Shown one piece after another: positions 27,232 through 37,093 of a DNA stretch of 60,364 nucleotides (positions are counted from its first letter, which is position 1; each line of letters begins with the position of its first letter). The notes under the pieces were generated by a model. That model ran no database searches. It was not told where the DNA came from and saw only the letters and a list, made by a program, of their open reading frames with translations. The translations under genes and the position numbers were made by a program. Source of the DNA: Desulfobacterales bacterium (GTDB lineage: Bacteria; Desulfobacterota; Desulfobacteria; Desulfobacterales; UBA5616); NCBI GenBank assembly GCA_046483495.1, contig JAWODC010000051.1, positions 1 to 60,364 of the forward strand, in the 5' to 3' direction.

Positions 27232-29134
27232 ATCATACGGTTGGGCCGGGCAGGTGCTTTGGGTTGATCTGACAGGGGGTGAGGTAAGGAAAATTCCTAC
27301 CGGTACCTATGAACCGGAAAAGTTTCTGGGCGGCATGGGCCTGAATACGAAAATATTCTGGGACCTGGGGTGTCCCAAGGTGGATGCTTTCCATCCGGAA
27401 AATCCTTTCATTATTTCCGTGGGACCGCTGACCTGTGCGGTCGGCCCTTTTCAAAGAGCCATGATCGGGAGCATCGCCCCGCAAGCCTATCCCGAGGAGC
27501 TGTTTTCTTATTCTTCCGTGGGCGGACGCTTTCCCGGGCAATTGAAATATGCCGGTTATGATGCCCTGGTGGTAACCGGTAAGGCGGAAAACCCTGTCTA
27601 TATATCGATTGAAGATGAGAATATTGACATCAAGAATGCCGAACACTTGTGGGGTGCGGACGCGCTGTCGACAGGGGAATATCTCGTTTCAAAGGATCCC
27701 AGCGCCGCCGCCCTTTGCATCGGCATATCCGGAGAGAACCTAAGCCGTATTGCAGCCATCGTCAACCAGACCGGCAGTACAGCCGGGGAAGGGGGATTCG
27801 GCGCCGTAATGGGTGCCAAAAACCTGAAGGCCGTTCGTGTTAAAGGGTCCGGCACGGTCAATATCGCCAGACCCGATGAGTGGTTGAGGGTCATTGATGA
27901 AGGGAAGTCTGCAGGTGATTATGACGGCATTCCAACAACCTTTTTCCGGAAGCCGTTGTTCGGAAAAGAGGCCCGAAAGGCCATGGTAGAAAAATACCGA
28001 ACAAGGTTTGCCGGGTGCGTTGGATGCCCGTATCAATGCCATTCCAGGTACAATGTTCCCGGGATCGGAACTGCCGCACAGTTTTGTGCTCCCTTGGGAA
28101 ATTACGCGATTTATGCACCCGATGATGCCGGGTTCCTGTGGAAACAGGTGATGTTGCTGCAGACATTGTGTATCGACTCGATCTCGGTGACGTCCATCAC
28201 CGGTTTTCTCTATGAATGCCATAAGAAGGGCATCTTAAAGGAGAAGGATTTCGCTTCCATTGGAATATCAACACCGCAATGGCTGGGCGGAACATCAACG
28301 AATCAAGAATTCGTCTCCAGCCTGCTTTATCCCATAGCTAAAGGAACAAGCGTTTTTTCCGACGGACTTCCGCGGGCAATGGAAAATTTCGGCAAAGAAG
28401 CATTCGAGATCTACAGAAGTTATTTTGTCGCACGGGGGTATCCGATACATTGGCATACCACTGTTTCCCAGTCCCTGCACTGGGCCCTGGACTCCAGGGA
28501 TCCGGCCAGTTCCTGCCATGACCATTTGGATTTCCATATGTCGCCTGAAATCGCAGGGCACTTCTGTGTGGCAGGGGGAAGAAAATTGAGTAACTCCGCA
28601 AAAAACATCTCGTATCAAGGCGTAGAAACCACAGCCGCTTATTGCGTGAAACATCAAATGATAAAGAATTCTCTACCGTGGTGTGAGTGGCAGTCTCAAC
28701 CCCGTAATTATTTCAGGCCACCCGAAATGGACATAACCATTATGGAAAGCAGATCACTTTCAGCGGTCACCGGGATCGATATCGATCCGGATGCGTTGTT
28801 GCGGACAGGTGAACGCATCTGGAACTTACAAAGAGCGGTAATGGTTTTGCGGGAAAACCGCACCCGAAAAGATGATATTCTGGATGATTATCATTTTGAA
28901 AAAAAGGGAAAAGTCGTCGGCCCCATGCCGCTGGAGATGGATATGGGAGCATATGATGCACTGAAGGAAAACGGTCCATTGGACAGAAATGCATTTGAGA
29001 AACTCAAGGACGATTACTACAGGCTGGCCGGATGGGAAACAAAGACCGGACGGCCTAAAAGACAAACCCTTGAAAAATTGCGGCTTTCGGGCGTGGCAGA
29101 CGTGCTGGAAAACAAGGGCTGTTTGCCTGCTTAA
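27224..29134 (+). CDS. Aldehyde:ferredoxin oxidoreductase (W/Mo bis-pterin, WOR) family catalytic subunit
   Basis: YGWAGQVLWVDLT, LKYAGYD, GGFGAVMGAKNLKAV, CVGCPYQC, GERIWNL.R and YY...GW..TGRP motifs. Confidence 0.92.
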   Translation: MPKSYGWAGQVLWVDLTGGEVRKIPTGTYEPEKFLGGMGLNTKIFWDLGCPKVDAFHPENPFIISVGPLTCAVGPFQRAMIGSIAPQAYPEELFSYSSVGGRFPGQLKYAGYDALVVTGKAENPVYISIEDENIDIKNAEHLWGADALSTGEYLVSKDPSAAALCIGISGENLSRIAAIVNQTGSTAGEGGFGAVMGAKNLKAVRVKGSGTVNIARPDEWLRVIDEGKSAGDYDGIPTTFFRKPLFGKEARKAMVEKYRTRFAGCVGCPYQCHSRYNVPGIGTAAQFCAPLGNYAIYAPDDAGFLWKQVMLLQTLCIDSISVTSITGFLYECHKKGILKEKDFASIGISTPQWLGGTSTNQEFVSSLLYPIAKGTSVFSDGLPRAMENFGKEAFEIYRSYFVARGYPIHWHTTVSQSLHWALDSRDPASSCHDHLDFHMSPEIAGHFCVAGGRKLSNSAKNISYQGVETTAAYCVKHQMIKNSLPWCEWQSQPRNYFRPPEMDITIMESRSLSAVTGIDIDPDALLRTGERIWNLQRAVMVLRENRTRKDDILDDYHFEKKGKVVGPMPLEMDMGAYDALKENGPLDRNAFEKLKDDYYRLAGWETKTGRPKRQTLEKLRLSGVADVLENKGCLPA

Positions 29135-29294
29135 GGTCACAACCTTTTGTATGATTATCGTTGTCATAAAATACGAATCCGTGTTCAAACAAAATTAAGT
29201 CCCCATCATTAGCTGTTAAGCAGCATTTAAAGTTTGTAAGCTCTAACCTCACATGGTTGTAAGATAAGACAAAGATTTTCATCCGCATTCTGAC

Positions 29295-29310
29295 TGGCAT
29301 AATACATGCA
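29295..29310 (+). promoter_or_regulatory. Putative sigma54 promoter
   Basis: TGGCAT-AATAC-ATGCA (GG-N10-GC), ~155 bp upstream of the flavoprotein start. Confidence 0.5.
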
Positions 29311-29464
29311 AAAAAAGGGCAGGGTTTAGAACTGGTTCTAATGAAGTTGGATACCATCTCCTATACAACTGCATGAAAGTAAAAGGTAATTATTGGATTA
29401 AAAGAAAATATTAGCGGCAGGCGGAGCTAACCAGCAAGTGACAATTTTTCAGGGGAGGTGCGAA

Positions 29465-30199
29465 ATGAAGGTATTGGCAATTAATGGAAGCCCGCGGGGA
29501 GAAAAAAGCCACACGGATTTTATTCTCCAACCATTTCTGGAAGGGGTACGGGAGGGCGGAGCCCATGCTGAAACTCTGTATCTGAAAGATTTGAAAGTCA
29601 AACCGTGCACAGGCTGTTTTAACTGCTGGCTTGTGACTCCGGGAAAGTGCATCCAAAAAGATGACATGTCATGGATTCTGGACAAGGTTCTCAATGCAGA
29701 TGTGATGGTTTTTGCCACTCCCCTTTATAACTGTTCCATGTCTGCCTACATGAAAGCGTTTCATGAAAGGCTGTTGCCCCTGGTGACGCCTTATGTGATT
29801 ATCAAGAATGGTGAAATGGCCCATCCGGCAAGGTATCCGGATAAAGATCGTCAGAAGTGGATTTTGATTTCGAACGCAGGGCTTCCCGAGGTAAAACATT
29901 TTGATGTCCTCCTTGAAAACTACAGGCGTTTGGCCATTATTCACGGCGGTGGGGAGTACGTCGAATTAGCAGGAACAATTCTCAAGGGGATGGGCGGTGC
30001 TTTTTCAAAGGCGCCGATAGACCCCGGGACGCTTGACTGGTTTTTTCTTGCCTGCAGAAAAGCAGGGTTGGAAGTGGTTAAAAAAGGAAAAATAGCGCCG
30101 GAAACAATGGCGGTACTGGATAAACCTCTTTACGATTTGAGCCCGACGGCTTATGTAGACAAACTCAATTCTTTCCTGGATCAATTTCTGAAAAAATGA
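29465..30199 (+). CDS. Flavodoxin-fold iron-sulfur flavoprotein (NADPH-dependent FMN reductase family)
   Basis: MKVLAINGSPRG, PCTGCFNCW....GKC and FATPLY motifs; RBS GGAGG. Confidence 0.88.
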   Translation: MKVLAINGSPRGEKSHTDFILQPFLEGVREGGAHAETLYLKDLKVKPCTGCFNCWLVTPGKCIQKDDMSWILDKVLNADVMVFATPLYNCSMSAYMKAFHERLLPLVTPYVIIKNGEMAHPARYPDKDRQKWILISNAGLPEVKHFDVLLENYRRLAIIHGGGEYVELAGTILKGMGGAFSKAPIDPGTLDWFFLACRKAGLEVVKKGKIAPETMAVLDKPLYDLSPTAYVDKLNSFLDQFLKK

Positions 30200-30317
30200 T
30201 CAGAGCCGATTTTTCCCCGCACGGGTAATCGCAGCCACGGTGCCGATGTCCACTGAATCGTCGCACGGAATTGGTAGATCATAAACTTATACTGAACAGG
30301 TACGTTGTCAATTGGAT

Positions 30318-30460
30318 AGTGTCCAACCAGGATGAGAAAATTCGCTTCAGTTCAAGGCGGACGGAAAGTTTCAACCGCAGGAATACTCTAAGTATTTTGA
30401 GGATTGAAATTTTTCGGCCAACACCGAAATGGAGCGAATTAGCCGTTTCTGGAATGACAC
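30318..30460 (-). repeat. ~143 bp palindromic dispersed element, copy 3 (subtype B, inverted)
   Basis: Reverse complement aligns end to end with 11433-11576 (AGTGTCCA...GTTCAAGGCGG...AACCGCAGGAATAC..GTATTTTGAGGAT...CCGAAATGGAGCGAAT...GACAC). Confidence 0.9.
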
Positions 30461-30483
30461 CAGATACTTCAGGAGGATACCAA

Positions 30484-32052
30484 ATGCCCACTCTGACTAA
30501 AGGTTTTTCAGCCCAACGCGGAACGGAGATAGCCATCATTGACGAATTCGGGACAATCACATGGGCCGAGCTTGACGAGCGGGTGAACCGGCTTGTGAAT
30601 GCACTTCGGGCCCGGGGGCTGGCCAGAGGCGAAACTGTAGCGATCGTTGCCGGGAATCGCCGTGAGTGGTTCGAGCTCGCCCTGGCCTGCGCACACGGCG
30701 GGTGGACATACGTGCCCGTGAATTGGCATTGGGTGGTCGAGGAATTGGCATATGTGTTTGAAGATGCCGAGGTGGCTGCCGTTTTCGCCGATGTCCGGTA
30801 TGCCGACAAAGTTGCCGAAGCGCTCAAAAAAGAACGCAGCGGATATATCCGGCTGGCGGTGGGTATTGCGACTGGCGGAGCGTATGGTCACGAAGCTTTT
30901 GTTCCTTATGAAGACATCGTCGCCGAGGGCAGCCCGGCTGAGCCCTCTGAAGTGAGTTTCGGAGGGCCGATGTTTTATACGTCAGGAACCACCGGTAAGC
31001 CCAAGGGAGTACGCGGCATGCTGTCCGGGAACTCGGAAACAACTCTGGACATCATGCAATTCATCAGCGCCGGTTTCGGCGGTTTACTGCCGATCCCGGG
31101 GCGTACGCTTCTGTGCGGCCCTGTGTACCACTCCGCTCAGTGGGTGTTTTCGTTTTTTCCAATGTTGGGAGGGTCATCCGTTGTGATGCAGCACAAATAC
31201 GACTCAAAAGGCGTATTGGAGCTCATTGACAGGCATGGCTGCACGAACGTCCACCTGGTTCCCACACAGATGAAGCGTCTTCTCGATCTGCCCCACAGTG
31301 TGAAGGAAAGCTATAGCGGAAAAACAATGATGGCGGTGTGGCACGGCGGCGCACCTTGCCCCCCAAAAATAAAAAAAGAAATCATCGATTGGTGGGGACC
31401 AAAAGTAAATGAATACTATGGGTCTACAGAAGGGGCAATCGTCTCCACAATTTCATCCGAAGAGTGGTTGCGCAAGGGTGGGAGTGTCGGCAAACCGGTT
31501 GAAATGGTTGAAGTCATCGTCGTCGACGAACATGGAAACCGATTCGGTCTGAACCAGGAGGGGACATTATATTTCCGTAGTCTGTTAGGGATGGCGTTCG
31601 AATATCACAAGGACAAGGCAAAGACCAGGGCCGCTCACCTCGAACCGGGTGTATTCACTACCGGCGACATGGGCTACTTGGACGATGAAGGATACCTGTG
31701 GCTTTCGGATCGGCGCATTGACATGATCATATCGGGCGGGGTGAACATCTATCCGGCGGAAATAGAGGGCGTCTTAGGAGGTCATCCGGACGTGGAAGAC
31801 CTTGCCGTTTTCGGAATACCCGACGATGAATTCGGGGAACAGGTGAAAGCCGTTGTCAAAACGGCCCGGGGAATTGAACAGGGGGATGATTTAGCAAAGC
31901 AGCTCATCGATTATTGTCGAAACCATCTTGCAGGGTATAAAGCCCCCAAGACCATCGACTTTGTGGATGAAATTCCACGAACCGGTACAGGGAAAATCAA
32001 AAAAAGTGTCATCAGGGCGCCATACTGGGAAGGATACCGGCGGAAAATATGA
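30484..32052 (+). CDS. AMP-forming acyl-CoA synthetase
   Basis: YTSGTTGKPKG, YYGSTEG, TGDMG, DMIISGGVNIYPAEIE and PRTGTGKI motifs; RBS AGGAGG at 30471. Confidence 0.93.
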   Translation: MPTLTKGFSAQRGTEIAIIDEFGTITWAELDERVNRLVNALRARGLARGETVAIVAGNRREWFELALACAHGGWTYVPVNWHWVVEELAYVFEDAEVAAVFADVRYADKVAEALKKERSGYIRLAVGIATGGAYGHEAFVPYEDIVAEGSPAEPSEVSFGGPMFYTSGTTGKPKGVRGMLSGNSETTLDIMQFISAGFGGLLPIPGRTLLCGPVYHSAQWVFSFFPMLGGSSVVMQHKYDSKGVLELIDRHGCTNVHLVPTQMKRLLDLPHSVKESYSGKTMMAVWHGGAPCPPKIKKEIIDWWGPKVNEYYGSTEGAIVSTISSEEWLRKGGSVGKPVEMVEVIVVDEHGNRFGLNQEGTLYFRSLLGMAFEYHKDKAKTRAAHLEPGVFTTGDMGYLDDEGYLWLSDRRIDMIISGGVNIYPAEIEGVLGGHPDVEDLAVFGIPDDEFGEQVKAVVKTARGIEQGDDLAKQLIDYCRNHLAGYKAPKTIDFVDEIPRTGTGKIKKSVIRAPYWEGYRRKI

Positions 32053-32138
32053 CGTTTTCCTTTCAATAGAGCTGTTTCATTTTCATGGTCCTGCCGGCCT
32101 GTTGATGGGGTAAATTTCCAGTCCGGGTATGGTGGGGA

Positions 32139-33176
32139 TTAACATATCGTGGTTGCCGGTGGGAGTTCCATCAGAGAAAGAAATCCCGGGGGTGCGTTTA
32201 GGACTCGGGGAATACAGTTCACCGCATGAAATCCCGTAAGGGGTCCGACCCAGTGCCACCAATCGTCGGAAAGAGTAAAGCCCACCGATGGTACGCCGTT
32301 AATCCAAATGGAATTGGCGCCCTCGGGGTCTTTGACTTTGTCCGGACAAACCTTGAAAACCTGCTCGAGGGTAATCACCGCCGTTTCTTCCTGCATGCCT
32401 TCAAGGATGAGTTTTATGGCACAAATCGTGCCGGGCTTTAATTCTCCACGGGCAACCTGGAGCGTTTCCGTGGATTTATAATACTCGGATCTGTTCCTGA
32501 TTTCGTTAATTTTCCAACCCAACGCGTCAGCGATACAATAAAAGCTTTCCGCATAGAAATGAAAGAGGGCATTTTTTATCTTGTTGGCACCCTCAGCCTT
32601 TATTTCGTCTATGTTCTTTCCATAACCCAGGTAGTCAAACCAGGCTGCCGTGACGGGTGTATCATCTTCCCATTGCCGAATCAGGATGTGTTTTACCCGG
32701 GCGAGTGTCCCGGACAGAACCAAGGGCAAAAAATCCGGGTGAAAGCCGGGTGCAGCGCCGGTTCCAAGGAGGGACACATCGTTTTCCTTTGCAATCTCAT
32801 CGAGCTCCCGGCACATCCCCGGATACATGTGCCAGGGGTAAACGAATCCTGTTGTCGTGATGACATTTTTCCCGGATTTCAGAGCCATAATGATTTCCTC
32901 TTTGTTCCTGTCCCAGGTTCCCTCTTCCATCATCGATGAAGAAGTCATGTGGATGACCACATCCGCATCCCTGCTCAGCACCTCCTCGATATGATTAGAA
33001 GCCGCAATACCTGCTGGTGTCACACCGGCCAGTTCACCGATGTCCTTGCCCGATTTTTCCTGACGATTGACAATAACCCCGGCCATTTCAATGCTCTTCT
33101 TGTTCAACATCATCCGAACCGCCGGTGTTCCGCACATACCCATTCCCCACTGAATTATTCTGTACATTTTTCTCAT
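32139..33176 (-). CDS. DapB-like NAD(P)-dependent dehydrogenase (diaminopentanoate/amine dehydrogenase-related family)
   Basis: IIQWGMGMCG Rossmann motif; K.GKDIGELAG, GKNVIT, GTGAAPGF and AVNCIP.V..APPG. Confidence 0.75.
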   Translation of the reverse strand: MRKMYRIIQWGMGMCGTPAVRMMLNKKSIEMAGVIVNRQEKSGKDIGELAGVTPAGIAASNHIEEVLSRDADVVIHMTSSSMMEEGTWDRNKEEIIMALKSGKNVITTTGFVYPWHMYPGMCRELDEIAKENDVSLLGTGAAPGFHPDFLPLVLSGTLARVKHILIRQWEDDTPVTAAWFDYLGYGKNIDEIKAEGANKIKNALFHFYAESFYCIADALGWKINEIRNRSEYYKSTETLQVARGELKPGTICAIKLILEGMQEETAVITLEQVFKVCPDKVKDPEGANSIWINGVPSVGFTLSDDWWHWVGPLTGFHAVNCIPRVLNAPPGFLSLMELPPATTIC

Positions 33177-33449
33177 CCTGTACCTCCTTTATATATTTTC
33201 TACTTTTTCTTATTCGACTTATAAGTATTTACTTCATAAATCCATGTTGATGAAGACTGTTATCTTTTCCTGAAAGACCGCAAAAACAATATAATTACAG
33301 CAGGCGTTGTGAATATCCAATAGTCTTATCATGCGATCTTGTTGGTTTTTGCGGGTGTAGATCTTTTTTGGGTTGAATGAAACTGTACGTATTTCAGAAC
33401 GTCCGGGATAAGGATGTGCCAAATGGATTATTTATCTTCTGACATCATT

Positions 33450-34586
33450 TTACGGAAGACCCAGTCCCCTGGCTACCTCTTTGAGGTGCCAATCGCTGTC
33501 GCCGAAAGTGATATCGCCGCATTTGGCCCGACGGTAAAACAGGTGGACGTCCATTTCCTCGCAAAAGGCAATGGCGCCGTGTATCTGATGGGCAAGCAGG
33601 GTGACACGGCCTGACGCCTTGCCGGTCCAAGCTTTGGCCATCGACGCATCCATGCTCGCGTCCTGCCCTTCTGAAAGTTCCCAAGCGGCGAAATAGGTGA
33701 TGAACCGAGCCCCATCGACATCAATTACCATGTTCGCGCAATGGTGCTGGATAGCCTGAAAGCTTCCGATCGGCTGGCCGAACTGTTTCCTCTCCTTGGC
33801 ATAGGCGACCGTCATGTCGAAGACCGCCTGCATGGCGCCCAGCATATCGGCGCATTTGGCAACGGCGGCATGGTCCTGAACCTTTTGCAGTATGGGCCAT
33901 GCACCGTCAACGTCTCCCAAAATGTTGTCCTTCGGCACTGTTACATTGTTGAAAACCACCTCGCATTGCTTATCATAGGCCAGGGTATTTAAAACGGATG
34001 ATCGAATTCCGGATGATTTCGCATTCACCAGGAAAATGGTGAGGCCGCTCTTCGTGTTTTCCCCGGTCGATGTCCGGGCAACGCATAGGATATAATCGGC
34101 GATATGGGCATTTTCCACAAAAAGCTTTGTTCCGTTAAGCCTGTATACGTCATTGTCCTCGACGGCGGAAAAGGAGATGCCTTCCGGCCCGTACCAGGCT
34201 TCCGGTTCCATCATGGCAAAGGCGCAAATCAATTTGCCTTCAGCGATTTCCGGCAGCAGCGTCTGTTTCTGCTTCTCCGTGCCTGCAAACATGATCGGCA
34301 GGGCACCGAGAACGATTGTTGAATAGTACGGTCCGGGGCAGCATGCTTCCCCCATGGCTTCCAACAGCACGCATACATCCATAAATCGGCCCCCAAATCC
34401 GCCATATTTTTCGGGGATAGCCAGTCCCGGCCAACCCAGGTCAGCCATTTTATCCCACAATGCTTGAGGATAGCCCCTCAGGTCGTCTTTCATTTCGTGT
34501 AGCAACGATCTGGGGCATTCTTTTTTAAGGAATTCTCGTGCTGAATTTTTCAATGCTTTTTGTTCCCTGTTCAAATCGAGATCCAT
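33450..34586 (-). CDS. Acyl-CoA dehydrogenase family, probable non-catalytic beta subunit
   Basis: AMMEP, NGTKLFV, RKQFGQPIGSFQAIQH and HQIHGAI motifs; lacks the C-terminal YEGT/GGGT motif. Confidence 0.88.
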   Translation of the reverse strand: MDLDLNREQKALKNSAREFLKKECPRSLLHEMKDDLRGYPQALWDKMADLGWPGLAIPEKYGGFGGRFMDVCVLLEAMGEACCPGPYYSTIVLGALPIMFAGTEKQKQTLLPEIAEGKLICAFAMMEPEAWYGPEGISFSAVEDNDVYRLNGTKLFVENAHIADYILCVARTSTGENTKSGLTIFLVNAKSSGIRSSVLNTLAYDKQCEVVFNNVTVPKDNILGDVDGAWPILQKVQDHAAVAKCADMLGAMQAVFDMTVAYAKERKQFGQPIGSFQAIQHHCANMVIDVDGARFITYFAAWELSEGQDASMDASMAKAWTGKASGRVTLLAHQIHGAIAFCEEMDVHLFYRRAKCGDITFGDSDWHLKEVARGLGLP

Positions 34587-34627
34587 AAGATGACTCCTTT
34601 TCCTTGGGATTTACACGCCACATACCC

Positions 34628-35818
34628 TTATTTTCTGGGCAATCCCAACCCCCTCATGGCGATGATGTTCCGCATGATTTCGGACGTGCCCCCACCGATG
34701 TTGATCGAAAAAGACATAAGATATGACCGGGTGATTCTTCCCTGTAAGGCGGCCCATTTTGAGCCCCGGTCTATCTGGCTGTATGGGCCCAAAATCTCCA
34801 TACCGACATTGGCTGTCCGGACCAGCAGCTCTGATCCGAAAACTTTTGTGATGGATGCCTCATAATTGGGGAGTTTGTTTTGTGTGTGCATCCACGGAAT
34901 TCGATAACACAGAAATTTCAAAGTTCGGGCCTGAACGGCGAGATTCGCCAGCTTTGACTGGATCAACGGATCTTCTGCAAGGGGCTTGCCGTTTCGTTTC
35001 GTCTGTTTGCAGAAGTCAACGAGACCTTTAATAGTCCGCTCAATCTGGACGGGGATTCCCACACCCGATCTTTCAAAATCCAAAGCCACGGCAAGTTGAT
35101 ACCAGCCGTTATTTTTCACACCAACCAGGTTTTCCTTGGGAACGCGTACATTGTCGAAAAATACCTCGTTGAATGAATGAAACCCCAGAACATTGATTAG
35201 AGGCCGTACCGTTATCCCGGGGCTATTCATATCCACGACGAACATGCTCATGCCTTTGTGCTTCGGCGCATCGGGGTCCGTTCTTGCTGCCAGCCAGCAA
35301 TAGTCCGCCCGGTGTGCCACGGTCGTCCACACCTTCTGACCGTTAACCACGTATACATCACCGTCTTCGACAGCACTCGTCTGGACCGAGGCCAAATCGG
35401 AACCGGAACCGGGCTCGCTGTAGCCGCAGCAGAAAACAATTTCCCCTTTTGCGGCCGGCAGCAGATACGATTTTTTTTGTTCCTCGGTTCCGAAAATCTT
35501 GATGGTGTTGCCCACCCAGCTGATCGTCATCATGGTTTCAACGCCGCTTGGCGTCCCGATACGCGCCATTTCCTCATCCAGAATCAGTTGTTCGATCGCC
35601 GAACCTTCCAGACCGCCGTATTCCCGGGGCCAGGTCAGGGCCAGCCATCCCTTTTGGCCCAGCTTGCGGTTCCAGTCACGGGTGATTTCCCATGATTCGT
35701 CGTCTTCCTCCCATATCGTATACGCAAGCTCCTTCCACCGCTGCGGCACCTCATTTTCCGCAAAGTCCCGCACCTCTTTACGAAATGCTTCCTGTTCAGG
35801 CGTAAATCGAAAGTCCAT
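34628..35818 (-). CDS. Acyl-CoA dehydrogenase, catalytic alpha subunit (FadE26/FadE29-like)
   Basis: GYSEPGSGSDLAS, NGQKVWT, FNEVFFD, LDFER (helix-G Glu) and IGGGTSEIMRNIIA.RGLGLPR. Confidence 0.92.
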   Translation of the reverse strand: MDFRFTPEQEAFRKEVRDFAENEVPQRWKELAYTIWEEDDESWEITRDWNRKLGQKGWLALTWPREYGGLEGSAIEQLILDEEMARIGTPSGVETMMTISWVGNTIKIFGTEEQKKSYLLPAAKGEIVFCCGYSEPGSGSDLASVQTSAVEDGDVYVVNGQKVWTTVAHRADYCWLAARTDPDAPKHKGMSMFVVDMNSPGITVRPLINVLGFHSFNEVFFDNVRVPKENLVGVKNNGWYQLAVALDFERSGVGIPVQIERTIKGLVDFCKQTKRNGKPLAEDPLIQSKLANLAVQARTLKFLCYRIPWMHTQNKLPNYEASITKVFGSELLVRTANVGMEILGPYSQIDRGSKWAALQGRITRSYLMSFSINIGGGTSEIMRNIIAMRGLGLPRK

Positions 35819-35852
35819 CGATATTCTCCTTCCCGTTTAGAAGCCCGTTTTA

Positions 35853-37076
35853 TCAATCGGCGACCGTCAGGACCCCGTCGGCCAAAAGGTCCGAGACGTC
35901 ATCCTCGGTCATGTTCAAAATGTCGCGTAAAATAAGCATATTGTCCTGGCCGTACAGGGGTGCGCATCGCATCTGATCCGAACACTTCGAAAATCGAAAA
36001 GGATGACTGTCGAAGTGCGTCGGCCCCATATGAGGATGATCCAGAAGCCGGAAATGCTGCCTGTGGCGCAACTGCTCGTCTTCAAACAGGTCCTTTGTGC
36101 TTTCGACCATTCCGGCCGGGACCCCGGCATTTTGAAGAAGCGTCTCGACGTCTTGGGCCGGTCGGTTTTTCGTCCATTCACCGATGAGAACATCAAGTTC
36201 TTCTTCGTGCTTTTTGCGATCCTGAAAGGACGAAAATTGTTCTTCCAAAAGCCATTCCGGTTTTTCCAGAGCACGGCAGAAGGCCTCCCATTGTTCATCG
36301 TCGCAAACGGCGATGGCGACCCATCGATCATCGCCCCGGCATGGATATACATTATGAGGAGCGGCGTGGGGGCTGCGGTTGGCCGTACGTCCCATAATCC
36401 TTGAATTTACCAGATAATCCAGAATAGGCGGTGCCATGAAATGCAAAGCCCCCTCTACTTGGGCAAGATCGATGAATTGGCCTTTTCCGGTCCTTCGTCG
36501 AAAAAGCATGGCAGCGATAATCAGGCTTGCTGTCATGGGAACATTTACCCAGTCTCCATAGGCGCCGAACGGAGGTGCCGGCCCCCGGTCCGGCCATCCG
36601 CTGATGTGAACAAAACCGGACAAGGCTGCGCTTATCGGTCCGTATCCGTGAAGCCTCGAATCGGGACCGCCGTGACCCATCTGGGAGGTGCTGAAATAGA
36701 TGATGTCCGGCTTGTATTTCCTGATATTTTCATAATCCATGTCCCACTTTGCCATAACGCCGGGGACAAAGCTCTCGACAATAACATCCGCGGGCCATTC
36801 CAGTATCAACCGTTTGGCGATTTCCTTCCCTCTGGAGAAATTCATATCGAGGCTTAAGCTGAGCTTGCTGGGATTATATTCGGCGTTCCACCAGGAATAA
36901 TCCATACCCCATCCACCTTTATACGGGATGGAGGCGGATGTGACATCCGGGTGGTGATGCACCTGGATATGGATTATGGTCGCTCCATAGCTGCCCATCC
37001 AGCTGACCGGAATGGGGCCGACACCTGCAAGGGAAAAATCCAGAATATGAATGCCCTCAAAAATTTGGCGTGACAT
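35853..37076 (-). CDS. Family III CoA transferase, Asp-containing subunit (BbsF-like)
   Basis: ILDFS..GVGP, ADVIVESFVPG, GAYGDW (catalytic Asp position), TGKGQFID and APHNVYPC. Confidence 0.88.
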   Translation of the reverse strand: MSRQIFEGIHILDFSLAGVGPIPVSWMGSYGATIIHIQVHHHPDVTSASIPYKGGWGMDYSWWNAEYNPSKLSLSLDMNFSRGKEIAKRLILEWPADVIVESFVPGVMAKWDMDYENIRKYKPDIIYFSTSQMGHGGPDSRLHGYGPISAALSGFVHISGWPDRGPAPPFGAYGDWVNVPMTASLIIAAMLFRRRTGKGQFIDLAQVEGALHFMAPPILDYLVNSRIMGRTANRSPHAAPHNVYPCRGDDRWVAIAVCDDEQWEAFCRALEKPEWLLEEQFSSFQDRKKHEEELDVLIGEWTKNRPAQDVETLLQNAGVPAGMVESTKDLFEDEQLRHRQHFRLLDHPHMGPTHFDSHPFRFSKCSDQMRCAPLYGQDNMLILRDILNMTEDDVSDLLADGVLTVAD

Positions 37077-37093
37077 TTACATTGCCTTTCTAT

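Noticed and set aside
27224..29134. Calling the WOR enzyme bamB (benzoyl-CoA reductase)
   Set aside because: No bamDE/FGHI-type partners are present and overall similarity cannot be established by eye; only the Cys position is suggestive.
30271..30483. 71-aa N-terminal extension of the CoA ligase
   Set aside because: It is read through the repeat element; a strong RBS supports ATG 30484.
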